A DNA stretch of 64,000 bases. Origin: Pseudobdellovibrionaceae bacterium. GTDB lineage: Bacteria > Bdellovibrionota > Bdellovibrionia > Bdellovibrionales > UBA1609. The position numbers and the translations under genes are program-made. The stretch covers positions 3,161 through 67,160 of the forward strand of contig JANXMF010000075.1 in NCBI GenBank assembly GCA_025354795.1. Direction: 5' to 3'. Each line of letters begins with the position of its first letter. Positions within the stretch are counted from its first letter, which is position 1. This document shows positions 1-9,620 of this stretch, piece by piece. The notes under the pieces are model-generated. The model had not been told where the DNA came from. It saw only the letters and a list, made by a program, of their open reading frames with translations, and made no database searches.

Positions 1-1
1 G

Positions 2-91
2 GTGTGCGGACTCGGTCACGGCGTGCTCCCTGGAACTCCCGAGCGCCATGTCCGACAGCTTATCCATACCGTGCGCGAGACTTTTGCCTGA
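2..91 (+). CDS. hemE: uroporphyrinogen decarboxylase, C-terminal end (5' partial)
   Basis: Not in the ORF track. Frame 2 reads VCGLGHGVLPGTPERHVRQLIHTVRETFA*, containing the HemE C-terminal GHG..P.TP motif. Its TGA overlaps the hemN ATG. Confidence 0.85.
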   Translation: MCGLGHGVLPGTPERHVRQLIHTVRETFA

Positions 92-1443
92 TGGACCACA
101 GCCAATTGCTTAAAAAATACAATGTTCCGGTGCCGCGCTACACCAGCTATCCCACCGTGCCCTATTGGTCGGACTCGCCCACCAGCGCTCAGTGGTTAGA
201 ATTTTTACAGCGAGCGTTGAGCCAGCCGGACTCCAGTTGGTCGATGTACTTACATATTCCGTTTTGCGAAACGCTTTGCACTTTTTGCGGCTGCAACACG
301 GTAATCACGCGCGGCCACGAGCGCGAGAGCCCGTATGTGAAAACCCTGCTGCAAGAATTTTTCAATTATCACCGGCACCTGCCGTTGTTAGCCGATAAGC
401 CTCTGCGCCAATTGCATTTGGGCGGCGGCACCCCAACCTTTTTGTCCTCCGCGCATTTGCGCGCGCTGCTTGAAGGACTTTATCGACACGTGGTCATCGA
501 CAAGAAAAATTTTGTCGCCAGTGTGGAGGTCGATCCGCGCCGGACCAGCGTCGAACAATTGCAAGTGATGTTCGAACTCGGCTTCACCCGCGTGAGTCTG
601 GGCGTTCAAGATTTTGATCCGGAAGTGCAGCGCTTGGTGAATCGCATACAGCCACTCGAGCAAACTCGTGAGCTCACCGAAGCGGCCCGGGCGATGGGCT
701 ACCAGTCGGTCAATTTCGATATGATTTACGGTCTACCAAAGCAAACCGTGGCCTCCTTTGGTCCTTCGATTGACCGCACGATTGAACTAAGGCCTGATCG
801 CATCGCGCTCTATTCTTTTGCCAAAGTGCCATGGATCAAACCCCAACAAAGATTATTTAAAGACGAGGACCTGCCCGAAGGTGGCGAAAAGTTGGCGCTG
901 TTTGAAGTGGCGTACAATAAACTGCTTCAGGCCGGATATATCGAGATTGGCATGGATCATTTCGCGCTTGCGAGCGATAAACTTAGCCTTGCGCTCAAGA
1001 ATAAGTCTTTGCATCGCAACTTTATGGGCTACACCGAAATACGCACCGATATTCTTTTGGGCCTCGGGGTGAGCAGCATTTCCGAAACCCGCGAGTGTTT
1101 TCACCAAAACGAAAAGGTGCTGCCGCTTTATGAGAAGAAGGTGCAAGCGCAAGAGGTAGCCACATTGCGCGGCCATATCTTGAGTGCGGACGATCAACGC
1201 CAGCGCGATCAGGTTCTTCGGTTTATGACTCAAGGCTCGGTGCCGCTGCGGGATGCCGGGCAAGTGTCTGACGTGCGCCGGTTTCTCGAAGATATGTTAC
1301 GGGACGGATTGGTGCGCCTGGAACAAAACACTTTGAGCATCACTGAGCTTGGACGCCCCTTCCTGCGCAACGCCTGTGTCGTACTGGACCAGCGTCTGCG
1401 CGAACAAAAGCCCGAAACTCGGGTTTTTTCCCAGGCCCTATGA
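91..1443 (+). CDS. hemN: oxygen-independent coproporphyrinogen III oxidase (radical SAM)
   Basis: PRYTSYPT, YLHIPFCETLCTFCGC, GGGTP and RNFMGY motifs. Start moved to ATG 91, coupled to the hemE stop. Confidence 0.95.
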   Translation: MDHSQLLKKYNVPVPRYTSYPTVPYWSDSPTSAQWLEFLQRALSQPDSSWSMYLHIPFCETLCTFCGCNTVITRGHERESPYVKTLLQEFFNYHRHLPLLADKPLRQLHLGGGTPTFLSSAHLRALLEGLYRHVVIDKKNFVASVEVDPRRTSVEQLQVMFELGFTRVSLGVQDFDPEVQRLVNRIQPLEQTRELTEAARAMGYQSVNFDMIYGLPKQTVASFGPSIDRTIELRPDRIALYSFAKVPWIKPQQRLFKDEDLPEGGEKLALFEVAYNKLLQAGYIEIGMDHFALASDKLSLALKNKSLHRNFMGYTEIRTDILLGLGVSSISETRECFHQNEKVLPLYEKKVQAQEVATLRGHILSADDQRQRDQVLRFMTQGSVPLRDAGQVSDVRRFLEDMLRDGLVRLEQNTLSITELGRPFLRNACVVLDQRLREQKPETRVFSQAL

Positions 1444-2648
1444 ACATCGTGGGCGCGGGGTTTTCGGGTTTGACGCTCGCCTATGAACTCACCGCACTTG
1501 GCGTGCCTGTGAAGGTTTTTGAATCTCAAGCGCAAGCGGGGGGTCTGATCGCCACCCGTGTCAATAGGTTTGGTTTAGTCGAGACGGCGGCTAACGCGTT
1601 TCTGGCGAATGCCGATATTGAACGTCTGTTTAAAGAACTGGGCTTGGAGTTTGCGTGTCAGCGGCCTAGTCGCCGCCGGCGTTATATTTTTACAGACTCT
1701 AAGCCGAGACGGTGGCCTTTGAGTATCAAAGCCACCTTGAAGCTTTTGCCGCTCGTGCTCGCCCAGCTCACGCGGCGCGAGGGCCATTGGCCACGGCCAT
1801 TTGAGACTGTGCACCAATGGGCGAGCCGCGTGGTCGGTGTTGAAATTGAACAACGACTCTTGGCGCCGGCGTTACAGGGAGTTTATGCTGGCGACATCGG
1901 GCGCTTAAGTGCCTCGTTGGTGCTGGGGCGCCTGTTCCGTGGTCCGCGGCCTCGACGCGGTCACTGGCGCGGAAGCGTCAGTCCGAAGAATGGGATGGGG
2001 GAGTTGACGCGAAAACTGAGTGACGCGATTGTCGCTCGCGGCGGTAAAATTCAGTATTCGCATCGTTATGTTTTGTCTGAAAATGTAACTGAGCCAACGA
2101 TTCTATGCACTAGTGCTTGGGCCGCGGCTCAAATTCTTAGCGCGCGCGAGCCTGAAAGTGCGGCGCTGTTGGCGCGCTGTGAAAGCTTGCCGTTGGTTTC
2201 CGTTACAGCTTTTTTTCCCCATCAAACCGGCGAATTACGCGGCTTCGGTTGTTTGTTTCCGGAGTCGCAAGGCTTTCATGCGCTCGGGGTTTTGTTCGCC
2301 GATGGGATTTTTGCCGACCGCTCCGAGCAGCGTGCGGAGACTTGGATTCTCGGCGGCGCACGTCAAATGCAAGTGATGACTTTAGATGATGAGGGTGTGA
2401 CCGCGGCTCTTGCGGAAGATCGTCGCCGCTTGACTGGCCAGCCTTGGCGGCCGCTGAGTGTCGATATCACCCGTTGGCCGCGGGCCTTGCCCCACTATAC
2501 CGTGGAGTGGGAACGCGCTCTGTCCGCGCTTTCGGTGCCGGCCCCGCTATTCTTACACGGCAATTATTTGGGTCACCTAGGTCTCGCGCAGATTCACCAA
2601 CGCTCGCGCACTTTGGCGCGCGAACTCAAGGAGAAGTATGCGGGCTAA
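1440..2648 (+). CDS. hemY: FAD-dependent protoporphyrinogen/coproporphyrinogen oxidase (HemY type)
   Basis: N-terminal GAGFSGL dinucleotide-binding motif, GVYAGD, W..ALP.Y and GNYL.G motifs; lies between hemN and hemH. Confidence 0.85.
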   Translation: MNIVGAGFSGLTLAYELTALGVPVKVFESQAQAGGLIATRVNRFGLVETAANAFLANADIERLFKELGLEFACQRPSRRRRYIFTDSKPRRWPLSIKATLKLLPLVLAQLTRREGHWPRPFETVHQWASRVVGVEIEQRLLAPALQGVYAGDIGRLSASLVLGRLFRGPRPRRGHWRGSVSPKNGMGELTRKLSDAIVARGGKIQYSHRYVLSENVTEPTILCTSAWAAAQILSAREPESAALLARCESLPLVSVTAFFPHQTGELRGFGCLFPESQGFHALGVLFADGIFADRSEQRAETWILGGARQMQVMTLDDEGVTAALAEDRRRLTGQPWRPLSVDITRWPRALPHYTVEWERALSALSVPAPLFLHGNYLGHLGLAQIHQRSRTLARELKEKYAG

Positions 2649-3636
2649 AGGTTTGCTTCTGATCAATTTGGGCTCACCGGCGTCGCCCTCGCGCCGAGAT
2701 GTGGCTAAGTACCTACGTGAATTTTTAAACGATCCGTTTGTAATCGACCTGCCCGCGCCGCTGCGATGGCTCCTGGTCAATGGCTTGATCGCCCCACTGC
2801 GTTCGGCGAAATCGAGCGCGGCCTATCAAAAAATCTGGACGGACCGCGGTTCGCCACTGGTTGACCATACCCGCGGCTTCGCCTTGAAAGTGGCGACTGA
2901 GCTCGCGCCGGAATGGGATGTACGCTGGGCGATGCGCTACGGACAACCATCGCTGCGCGCGGTGCTTGATAATTGGGCGGTGGACCAGCTCTACGTGGTG
3001 CCGCTTTACCCACAGTATGCCGAATCATCGACGCGAACGGCGATCGAAGCGGTGCGCAGGAATAAACCAAATATATTTGCACTAAAGGATTTCTACGCGG
3101 CCCCGGAATTTATCCGCGCCCAAGCCGCGCAAATCAACAAGGCGGTCGCCGGGTTCAAGCCAGACCGACTGCTACTCAGTTATCATGGGCTGCCCGAGCA
3201 CCACATGACCAAACTGCATCCCCTACATTGTTTGCAGGCCAGTACCTGTTGCGCGCAAGTGAGCGCGGAAAATCGCTGGTGTTACCGCGCCCAAGCCTAT
3301 GCGACCTCCAAAGCGTTAAGCGCGCACTTGAGTATGTCGGCGCAAGAGATCGGTTTTCAATCGCGTTTGGGCCGCAGGCCGTGGATTAAACCCTACACCG
3401 ATCAGGTCATCGAAGATCTGGCGCGCCAGGGGGCCAAGCGCGTGCTGGTGAGTTGCCCCTCGTTTGTCGCCGATTGCCTGGAGACCTTGGAGGAGATCGG
3501 AATCCGCCTGCGCCAACAATTTATCACCGTCGGTGGAGACGACCTGAGACTGGTTCCCGCCCTCAATGACGAACCTCATTGGGTGCGCGAATTTTGCACG
3601 ATGATCAAGCGATCTGACCTTGAGTGGGAGCGGTGA
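2638..3636 (+). CDS. hemH: ferrochelatase
   Basis: LLLINLGSP, PLYPQY, SYHGLP, FQSR.G...W.KP and DCLETLEE motifs. Confidence 0.95.
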   Translation: MRAKGLLLINLGSPASPSRRDVAKYLREFLNDPFVIDLPAPLRWLLVNGLIAPLRSAKSSAAYQKIWTDRGSPLVDHTRGFALKVATELAPEWDVRWAMRYGQPSLRAVLDNWAVDQLYVVPLYPQYAESSTRTAIEAVRRNKPNIFALKDFYAAPEFIRAQAAQINKAVAGFKPDRLLLSYHGLPEHHMTKLHPLHCLQASTCCAQVSAENRWCYRAQAYATSKALSAHLSMSAQEIGFQSRLGRRPWIKPYTDQVIEDLARQGAKRVLVSCPSFVADCLETLEEIGIRLRQQFITVGGDDLRLVPALNDEPHWVREFCTMIKRSDLEWER

Positions 3637-4454
3637 CTAAACAGTTTATAGTTATAGATAGATTTTATGGATATGCGGCTCAGCTACGCCAGACTTTTGC
3701 TGCTAGATTCGCGGATCCGCTCACTGCGCACAACGGCCGTTTTGTTTGGGACTATTGGCATGTGCCCGGTGAGTACACCCATCTGCGCACACCCGCTTTC
3801 GCCTTTTTTCCGCCTAAAATGTATCAAGCCTTTCACCGCTATCTGGTGGAATGGGGCCGGGTCAATTTGGGCTGTCATGACATTAGTCCGCCTTGGCTTA
3901 GTTGTTATGTTGAGGGCTGTCGGCAAAATGCTCACACCGATGTGCCCCACGGCCCGCTTGCGTTTGTGTATTCACTCACTCCGCGCCAGCTCAGTTTTAC
4001 CGGCGGTGAAACCTTTATTCATCAAGGTTCAAAAAAAATGCTGATTCCCTCACGCTTCAATCGCCTTTTGGTTTTCAATCCCGCTCTTCGCCACGGCGTG
4101 AAACTCGTGCGCGGCACCCACGATCCGCGCCTGGGTCGCTTGGTGGTACATGGATGGTTTGTGAACCCGCGTCCGTTTTGGTATGGCCCCTTGACAGCGG
4201 TGCAAATCAGTCGCGGCATTGAGGCCGGCTTAAGCCCCGCGCTTAAAGGCGAGCTTAAGCTCGGGCGCGGTTTGCTGTCGCTGCGACTTTCCGTCGATCG
4301 CCAAGGTCGGGTGCGCGCGCTCAAAACGCTCGTCAATACCTTGGACGGGGGGTCACCGGGGGAATATCAGATTTTGTTGAAACTGGTTCGAACGCTAAGC
4401 TTTGCGTCTCGGCGTGCGGGCACAACCCTGACCTTACCTTTACAGATTAACTAA
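3624..4454 (+). CDS. 2OG-Fe(II) oxygenase family protein with C-terminal extension
   Basis: HTD motif, F.GGE, NRLLVF, distal His (LRHGV) and Arg (GRLV) of the DSBH fold. Confidence 0.7.
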   Translation: MGAVTKQFIVIDRFYGYAAQLRQTFAARFADPLTAHNGRFVWDYWHVPGEYTHLRTPAFAFFPPKMYQAFHRYLVEWGRVNLGCHDISPPWLSCYVEGCRQNAHTDVPHGPLAFVYSLTPRQLSFTGGETFIHQGSKKMLIPSRFNRLLVFNPALRHGVKLVRGTHDPRLGRLVVHGWFVNPRPFWYGPLTAVQISRGIEAGLSPALKGELKLGRGLLSLRLSVDRQGRVRALKTLVNTLDGGSPGEYQILLKLVRTLSFASRRAGTTLTLPLQIN

Positions 4455-4702
4455 GACTTGTTCTGCGGCTCTTTGGTTTTCAGCGGATCTACAGTTTTTT
4501 CACCAACATTTGCGCTCAATTGCTCGGGAGGTTTAGGGGTTGCGGTTGGAGTCTCTACGGGATCGACTTCGTTCAGACTGGATTTGAAACCGCGAATGGC
4601 TTTGCCAATCGAGGAGCCCAGGCCGGGCAATCGGCTTGGGCCGAAAAAGAGCAAGAGCACGCCCATAAAGATGATCCAATGTGTAAGGCTAAATTCTCCC
4701 AC
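4451..4702 (-). CDS. tatA: twin-arginine translocase TatA/TatE subunit
   Basis: TM helix, then FGPSRLP.LG.SIGKAIRGFK amphipathic helix and a charged tail. Confidence 0.92.
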   Translation of the reverse strand: MGEFSLTHWIIFMGVLLLFFGPSRLPGLGSSIGKAIRGFKSSLNEVDPVETPTATPKPPEQLSANVGEKTVDPLKTKEPQNKS

Positions 4703-4782
4703 GTGTCACTCCTCTTTGAGCAGTAATCCTCTTTATCCCATGAAAATCGCAATTGTGTAATAAAATCAACCAAAAAGCGGGC

Positions 4783-6642
4783 TTAGGAAGCGCCGAGTTT
4801 GGTTTCAGGCCCTTTTTTGAAGGGCAGACTGCATTCCTTGAACTCAAAGTCCTTTTTGCACGAGATCGCCTCTCGGATCGGGGCGGTAAAAAGCTCCTTG
4901 CGGCGCTGATCGCCCTCGGTGTGAGAATCAAAGATGTATTCCTTTTCCACCGAACTCTCTTCGGGAAAATGGCTGTCAAGTGACGGCTCAAGACATTGCC
5001 ACGAGCTGCTGGCCAAAAAGCGGTTCTGCCGCTCGGTCTGGTTTGGCACATCCATCAGCAATTGCGCCAGCGCGTAGCTGCCGATCACGTCCGCGAATCG
5101 CTCTACCGGCGTCGACGAAAAGCCCTCGGACTCAAGCAGGCTGCGGCTGGAAAATTCCCCCTCGATTCGTAGTGTCCGCTGTAGCACTTGATTGGTCATA
5201 TTCTTGGCCACTTCGATGGAGTCTTTGATGCGTTGGGTGTCGGCTTTGTCGGAACAGCGGTACTCGGCGGTGAAAAAAATCATGGTGGTGATCTCTTCAT
5301 CGATGGGCTCTTCGCCCTGGCTCCACAAATAGTAACTGCAGGGGTTGAGAAAATTGGGATTCTTCTGAGAACGGCCATTCGGAGTGGGGAGATCGCGTTT
5401 GGTGATACGTAGAAAACGATTGCTAGACGCTAACTCGGAAATGCGGTCACCGGTTAAGGTCCGAGCAAAGCGGGCGATCTCCTCCGGACCGGGAATTTTG
5501 GCGGTTTCGCGCCGTTTTAGACAGCGCTGAAATTCTGGAAGTTCGGTGGTATAGCCGTCGAGGCTCGTGAGGGACTCGTTGAAAGTGGTCTTAAAAGAAT
5601 TCCACCCGTCGCAAGAAAAAGATTTGGGCTGGCAAATGTCATGACGAAGCGAGCTCAGCTTTTGCCCGAACGCCGAGCGAATGGCAAACAGATATTGGCT
5701 GCGGTCAATGCCCAGCGCGTGGCCCATCTCGTGCGCCAGCGTTTGCAAAATATCTTCACTGTTAAAGTCGCCGGCGCAAATGGTGAGAATGTTAAGGTAG
5801 GTGTAGTAAAAGGCGTTGACGGTGGTGCTCGAGCACTCCTCATTAGAAATCGCTTGATAAGCGCCTGGCAAAACCAGTTTGATTTCGGAGATACGCTCGA
5901 GCCAGGTTGTGCGCGTGTTTTCGGGAATGTCGAGACGGGCAATCATGTGCAGATAACTGTTTTGCAGATGGGTAAAGCCCTGCTCGACCTTCTTCCAATT
6001 CTTATCATTGCGCCACAAGGCCTGCGAAATATCAGACACCAGACGCCGGCGCTGACGTCGGCGTTCAAGCTGCAACTCAAAGGGAATCAGATTTTCCGGC
6101 AGCTTGTGAAAGCCGGGATACTTGCCGTCCATACGTGCCAAAATGGCTTCGTTAAACGACATCGTCCATAAGTAGCCGAGTTCAAAATCCATCTGCTCCG
6201 AGGCTAGCCGCTGCTCGACCGACATCAAAGTGCGCGGCGCCCGCTCGAGAAAGGTTTTGAGTTTGGTAAAGTAATCGCTGCGCGACAATATCCTATAGAA
6301 ATCGCTTGGTAAACTTTTTTGGTTTTGTACTTTGGCCTGTGAGTAGCGGTAAAAAACATGGGAGAATTGGTTGTGGGTTTCGCCTTGTAAAACTTTGATC
6401 GAGCTTTGCAGATTTTTGACTTCTAAATTGCCGAGCACGTCGGGTGAGTAAAGGATATTGCAGTAGGTGTCGAGCATGGACTTACATTGCGGCATATTGC
6501 TGGCGGAATAAAATTCTTCCGACGAAAAAGTGCGCAAAACTTCCGGCGCTTTTGGGGCTTCCTGGGTGGCGCAGCTAACCCATAGCAACAGCGCGCTCAA
6601 TCCTCCTGCCAACCGCACTGTTTGACCGCGCACAATGTTCAT
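4783..6642 (-). CDS. lipoprotein zinc metallopeptidase, M13/neprilysin-like
   Basis: Lipobox-like WVSC; VNAFY motif followed by LAHEMGH; distal VERFAD resembles the M13 ExxxD third ligand. Confidence 0.65.
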   Translation of the reverse strand: MNIVRGQTVRLAGGLSALLLWVSCATQEAPKAPEVLRTFSSEEFYSASNMPQCKSMLDTYCNILYSPDVLGNLEVKNLQSSIKVLQGETHNQFSHVFYRYSQAKVQNQKSLPSDFYRILSRSDYFTKLKTFLERAPRTLMSVEQRLASEQMDFELGYLWTMSFNEAILARMDGKYPGFHKLPENLIPFELQLERRRQRRRLVSDISQALWRNDKNWKKVEQGFTHLQNSYLHMIARLDIPENTRTTWLERISEIKLVLPGAYQAISNEECSSTTVNAFYYTYLNILTICAGDFNSEDILQTLAHEMGHALGIDRSQYLFAIRSAFGQKLSSLRHDICQPKSFSCDGWNSFKTTFNESLTSLDGYTTELPEFQRCLKRRETAKIPGPEEIARFARTLTGDRISELASSNRFLRITKRDLPTPNGRSQKNPNFLNPCSYYLWSQGEEPIDEEITTMIFFTAEYRCSDKADTQRIKDSIEVAKNMTNQVLQRTLRIEGEFSSRSLLESEGFSSTPVERFADVIGSYALAQLLMDVPNQTERQNRFLASSSWQCLEPSLDSHFPEESSVEKEYIFDSHTEGDQRRKELFTAPIREAISCKKDFEFKECSLPFKKGPETKLGAS

Positions 6643-6684
6643 TGAGCTCCCTAGGATCAGTATACTGGCAAAGCCGGGCCGATT

Positions 6685-6823
6685 CTATCGGCTGAAAGGA
6701 TAGCGACAAAGCGAGTCCAGCCATGGACTTAGGCCTAGTTTTGAGGGAAGCGTTCGCGACCAACGTCGCACCCAAGGAGTTCAGCGCGGATTTTTTTTCA
6801 GCTTTGTCGCGGGGTTCCGATAA
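6685..6823. promoter_or_regulatory. divergent sigma28(FliA)-like promoters
   Basis: Minus-strand GCCGATAG at 6692-6685; plus-strand TTCA-N15-TCCGATAA at 6797-6823. Both are preceded by GCTTTGTCGC (inverted copies at 6703-6712 and 6801-6810). Confidence 0.5.
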
Positions 6824-6849
6824 GACAATATATAGTGAGGAAGAACTCT

Positions 6850-7776
6850 ATGCTTAAACTCAGGATGTTCACATTCATTTTGGTTTTCCAAACGCTGCTA
6901 CAGCCACTGCAATTCGCGTTTGCGGACCTCGTTCGAAGCCCCCGCCTGTGCCAAGACCCGGATCTAGTAAAGTGCAAAGATCCCCTCATAAACAAGTGTT
7001 GTTCAAAGCCTGGCAATTACGCATTGATTTCCTCGCAACTCAACTCAACTAATCGCTGTCAACTTTGGAAAGACCCAGAGTTTCAAAAAAAGCTTAAGGA
7101 GCTGTGTGAAACGGAAGCTAAACCCGGACCATGTGGTGACCAACCGTGCCCACCAACAGTTCCTGTACCACCCCCTATTACGCCTCCACCGCCACCACCA
7201 CCTCCTCCACACGAGCCTGAGCGACGTGAACGGCGTGAGCGTGAGCGAGAGGGCGGGGGATTGGACGACTTTTTCTCCGGCACCGGAGGCTTGCTTGTCG
7301 GAGGCTTGATTGGCGGCATTGGTGGCTACCTTATCGGTGACAAGTTAGGTTACAACCGCGGCCGACAATCGATGTATCCGCCGTTTGGAGGACCCATGTT
7401 TGGTGGCCCTGGAATGGTACCTCCGCGGATGGGCAACCCAATGATGATGAACGGAATGATGGGCGGCCAAATGTTTTTGTCTCCTCCCGCATTTTTTAAC
7501 ACTGCGGGTGGGCGTGGATTGCCGCAATACTACCAGGCACCCTTTTCAGGAGGAGGACTTGGCGGTGGCGGTTTTGGTGGCTACGGAGGTGGCTACGGAG
7601 GTGGCTACGGAGGTGGCTACGGAGGTGGCTACGGAGGTGGCTACGGAGGTGGCGGAGGCTATCAAAATTATCAAGGCTACGGACTTGGATTTCAGAGTGG
7701 ATATTCAACGGGTGGATTTGGCGCGCAGTATCCTGTAGCCGCCCCCGCTGTGCTGTCATTCCCCGGTCCGCGTTAG
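6850..7776 (+). CDS. secreted protein: Cys-rich domain, Pro linker, glycine zipper, Gly/Tyr-rich low-complexity tail
   Basis: Signal peptide ending AFA-D; 8 Cys in the N-terminal domain; poly-Pro; GGLLVGGLIGGIGGYLIG; (GGYG)6. GAGG precedes ATG 6850. Confidence 0.75.
   Translation: MLKLRMFTFILVFQTLLQPLQFAFADLVRSPRLCQDPDLVKCKDPLINKCCSKPGNYALISSQLNSTNRCQLWKDPEFQKKLKELCETEAKPGPCGDQPCPPTVPVPPPITPPPPPPPPPHEPERRERREREREGGGLDDFFSGTGGLLVGGLIGGIGGYLIGDKLGYNRGRQSMYPPFGGPMFGGPGMVPPRMGNPMMMNGMMGGQMFLSPPAFFNTAGGRGLPQYYQAPFSGGGLGGGGFGGYGGGYGGGYGGGYGGGYGGGYGGGGGYQNYQGYGLGFQSGYSTGGFGAQYPVAAPAVLSFPGPR
7576..7653 (+). repeat. coding tandem repeat, 12-nt unit GGTGGCTACGGA x6.5
   Basis: Six perfect copies plus a half copy, read directly; encodes GGYG. 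Confidence 0.95.
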
Positions 7777-7817
7777 CCGAGTCCGAATAGTCGGGTGGGA
7801 AAGTTAATGGAGAGCCC

Positions 7818-8192
7818 GTGAGTTTTACATTTACTTTGTTTATTTATAGCGCCATTAGTTTGGCGCAAAACCGGTCGGATATACACGTCACCGTATGGGC
7901 GCGCGATCCGGACGCCGTGCGGACTCTTTATCAAGGCCCCCAATATTCGATTATAGATCGCGAATCGGAAGAGCAGGAATGGAAAAGGGAGGGCTACCTC
8001 CCGCCCAGAGAGCGAAACGCCCTTTTTTATCGCATTCATTTAAGCAAAGCCGTCGCTAAGTATCCGGAAATGGAAAAGGATATTCTGGTGATTGGCGCCC
8101 ACTTTGGCACTATCAAGCAGCTGCGAAAGCGTTTTCCAAAATTATCGGTTCAGCAGTTGCAGAGTTTGATGGACGCGGTCCGGGAGCAGTAG
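7818..8192 (+). CDS. small secreted hypothetical protein
   Basis: Signal-peptide-like N-terminus (SLA-Q); stop overlaps the next start codon. Confidence 0.6.
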   Translation: MSFTFTLFIYSAISLAQNRSDIHVTVWARDPDAVRTLYQGPQYSIIDRESEEQEWKREGYLPPRERNALFYRIHLSKAVAKYPEMEKDILVIGAHFGTIKQLRKRFPKLSVQQLQSLMDAVREQ

Positions 8193-9403
8193 TGTTTTTA
8201 GTGGCCCTTCATATATTCAGCTTATTTTTGTCAAAGGCCAGCGCCTGTGACCTATTCCTGGTTGGCTTGAATGAAGGTGTGGGTGAGCAAGACGCATGCG
8301 AAGCTGGCGTGGCGGCGAATAACAATGGTGATCGGTTACAAATAATCGAAGGTTACGCTATTGATAAAGACATCTTGCACGCGCAAATTAAAGCAGTGCT
8401 GGATAGCGGTCGCTGTATCGATTCCATTGTAATTTCTGGCCATGATGGCAGCGGCGAGTTCTACGGACATCGCGGAGGCATCCGTGCCAACGATATCCAG
8501 GAAATCGTCAGAAGGGAGCCACGCCTTGCTAAAACGCTCACCAGCATGGCTCTGTGGGGCTGCAATTCGGTCACGCCCGAGGGGTGTGAAAACTATTGGC
8601 TGAAAAAGACCGGCCCCAATGTAAAATTGGCACTGGGCTTTTCGGGACCAGCCCCGCTCAACGTTATGCCAAAAAATACGGAGCTTCTTGGGGATTTTTG
8701 TCGGCGGCGCAATGAAGGCGTAAAAGCGCAGAACGAAGGTGAGCTCTGCGGATTCTTTCAGTCTCTGAGGAATACTAATCCTTATGAATTGGGGATTTGT
8801 GCACAAGGGGGGGTGGCTAGCAGAACTTACTCCCCAAGCGTGGACCGTTGCTTGGCAACAAAAGCCGACCTCGACCGCCAATGCCAAACTCATCTCCCAG
8901 CGGCTATAGATCAGGAAATCACAAATTATTTTGCTGCCGGACCCGGTCGCTATAAAAATCCGCCGACGAATCCTTCTTGGCAGGACAAACTTCATAAATA
9001 CTACGGGGCACTGACGCAATGGTATCATTGCCGTCAATTCTCAAACTACAACGGTGGGAAAACCATCTTGTCGCCGGCACAAGTGATTCGTTTGACCTTT
9101 TTTGATACCTTTAAACGTAATTTTTATCGCAATCATAAGGAAAAAATTGAACAGTATGATGAAGAACTTAGACGCGCTGGTCTTGACGCGTGCAAGCTGG
9201 GCGACATTACCGCGGCATCACGGGCGGAGATCGTGGGTCAGACGAAATGTGCGGTGAATGCATTGCAGAAAGCTGGGAGGCCGGAGCTTCTGGATAAAGC
9301 CTTAAAGATGGATGCAACTTTACGTGAGCTAAGTCCGAATTGTTCCTCACAGGACTGGATCATGGAGGGTTCTGATCTCCCAAGTCACTGTTGGGACCAT
9401 TGA
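8192..9403 (+). CDS. secreted Cys-rich protein with putative caspase-hemoglobinase-fold (clan CD) protease domain
   Basis: Signal peptide (ASA-C); IVISGHDG and ALWGCNS resemble the strand-GH and strand-GC dyad motifs; many Cys. Confidence 0.5.
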   Translation: MFLVALHIFSLFLSKASACDLFLVGLNEGVGEQDACEAGVAANNNGDRLQIIEGYAIDKDILHAQIKAVLDSGRCIDSIVISGHDGSGEFYGHRGGIRANDIQEIVRREPRLAKTLTSMALWGCNSVTPEGCENYWLKKTGPNVKLALGFSGPAPLNVMPKNTELLGDFCRRRNEGVKAQNEGELCGFFQSLRNTNPYELGICAQGGVASRTYSPSVDRCLATKADLDRQCQTHLPAAIDQEITNYFAAGPGRYKNPPTNPSWQDKLHKYYGALTQWYHCRQFSNYNGGKTILSPAQVIRLTFFDTFKRNFYRNHKEKIEQYDEELRRAGLDACKLGDITAASRAEIVGQTKCAVNALQKAGRPELLDKALKMDATLRELSPNCSSQDWIMEGSDLPSHCWDH

Positions 9404-9620
9404 AACCTCAGGGATCCCTTAGCCGTTTGTCCAGATCTTAACACATGGACTTCGCCCTACAATTAAAAATACAACGCATGCTCTAAAATAAGGCATCTAC
9501 ACCATTGATGTTTATATTATGTATTTGTTTAGTTTGAGTGTATTGTCCACGCTGACTGTCCATGCCCAATCTTCCAGTCTAAATGCCGATTTCACAGCGG
9601 AGAAGGGGAATATGTATTTC

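Noticed and set aside
6660..6745. Possible c-di-GMP-I riboswitch (GGCAAA...GAAA...CAAAGC-like words)
   Set aside because: The stems do not assemble into the expected P1-P3 arrangement; divergent promoter motifs explain the sequence better.
7576..7653. Possible CRISPR or non-coding repeat array
   Set aside because: The 12-nt units are contiguous with no spacers and lie in frame in a CDS; no cas genes are in the window.
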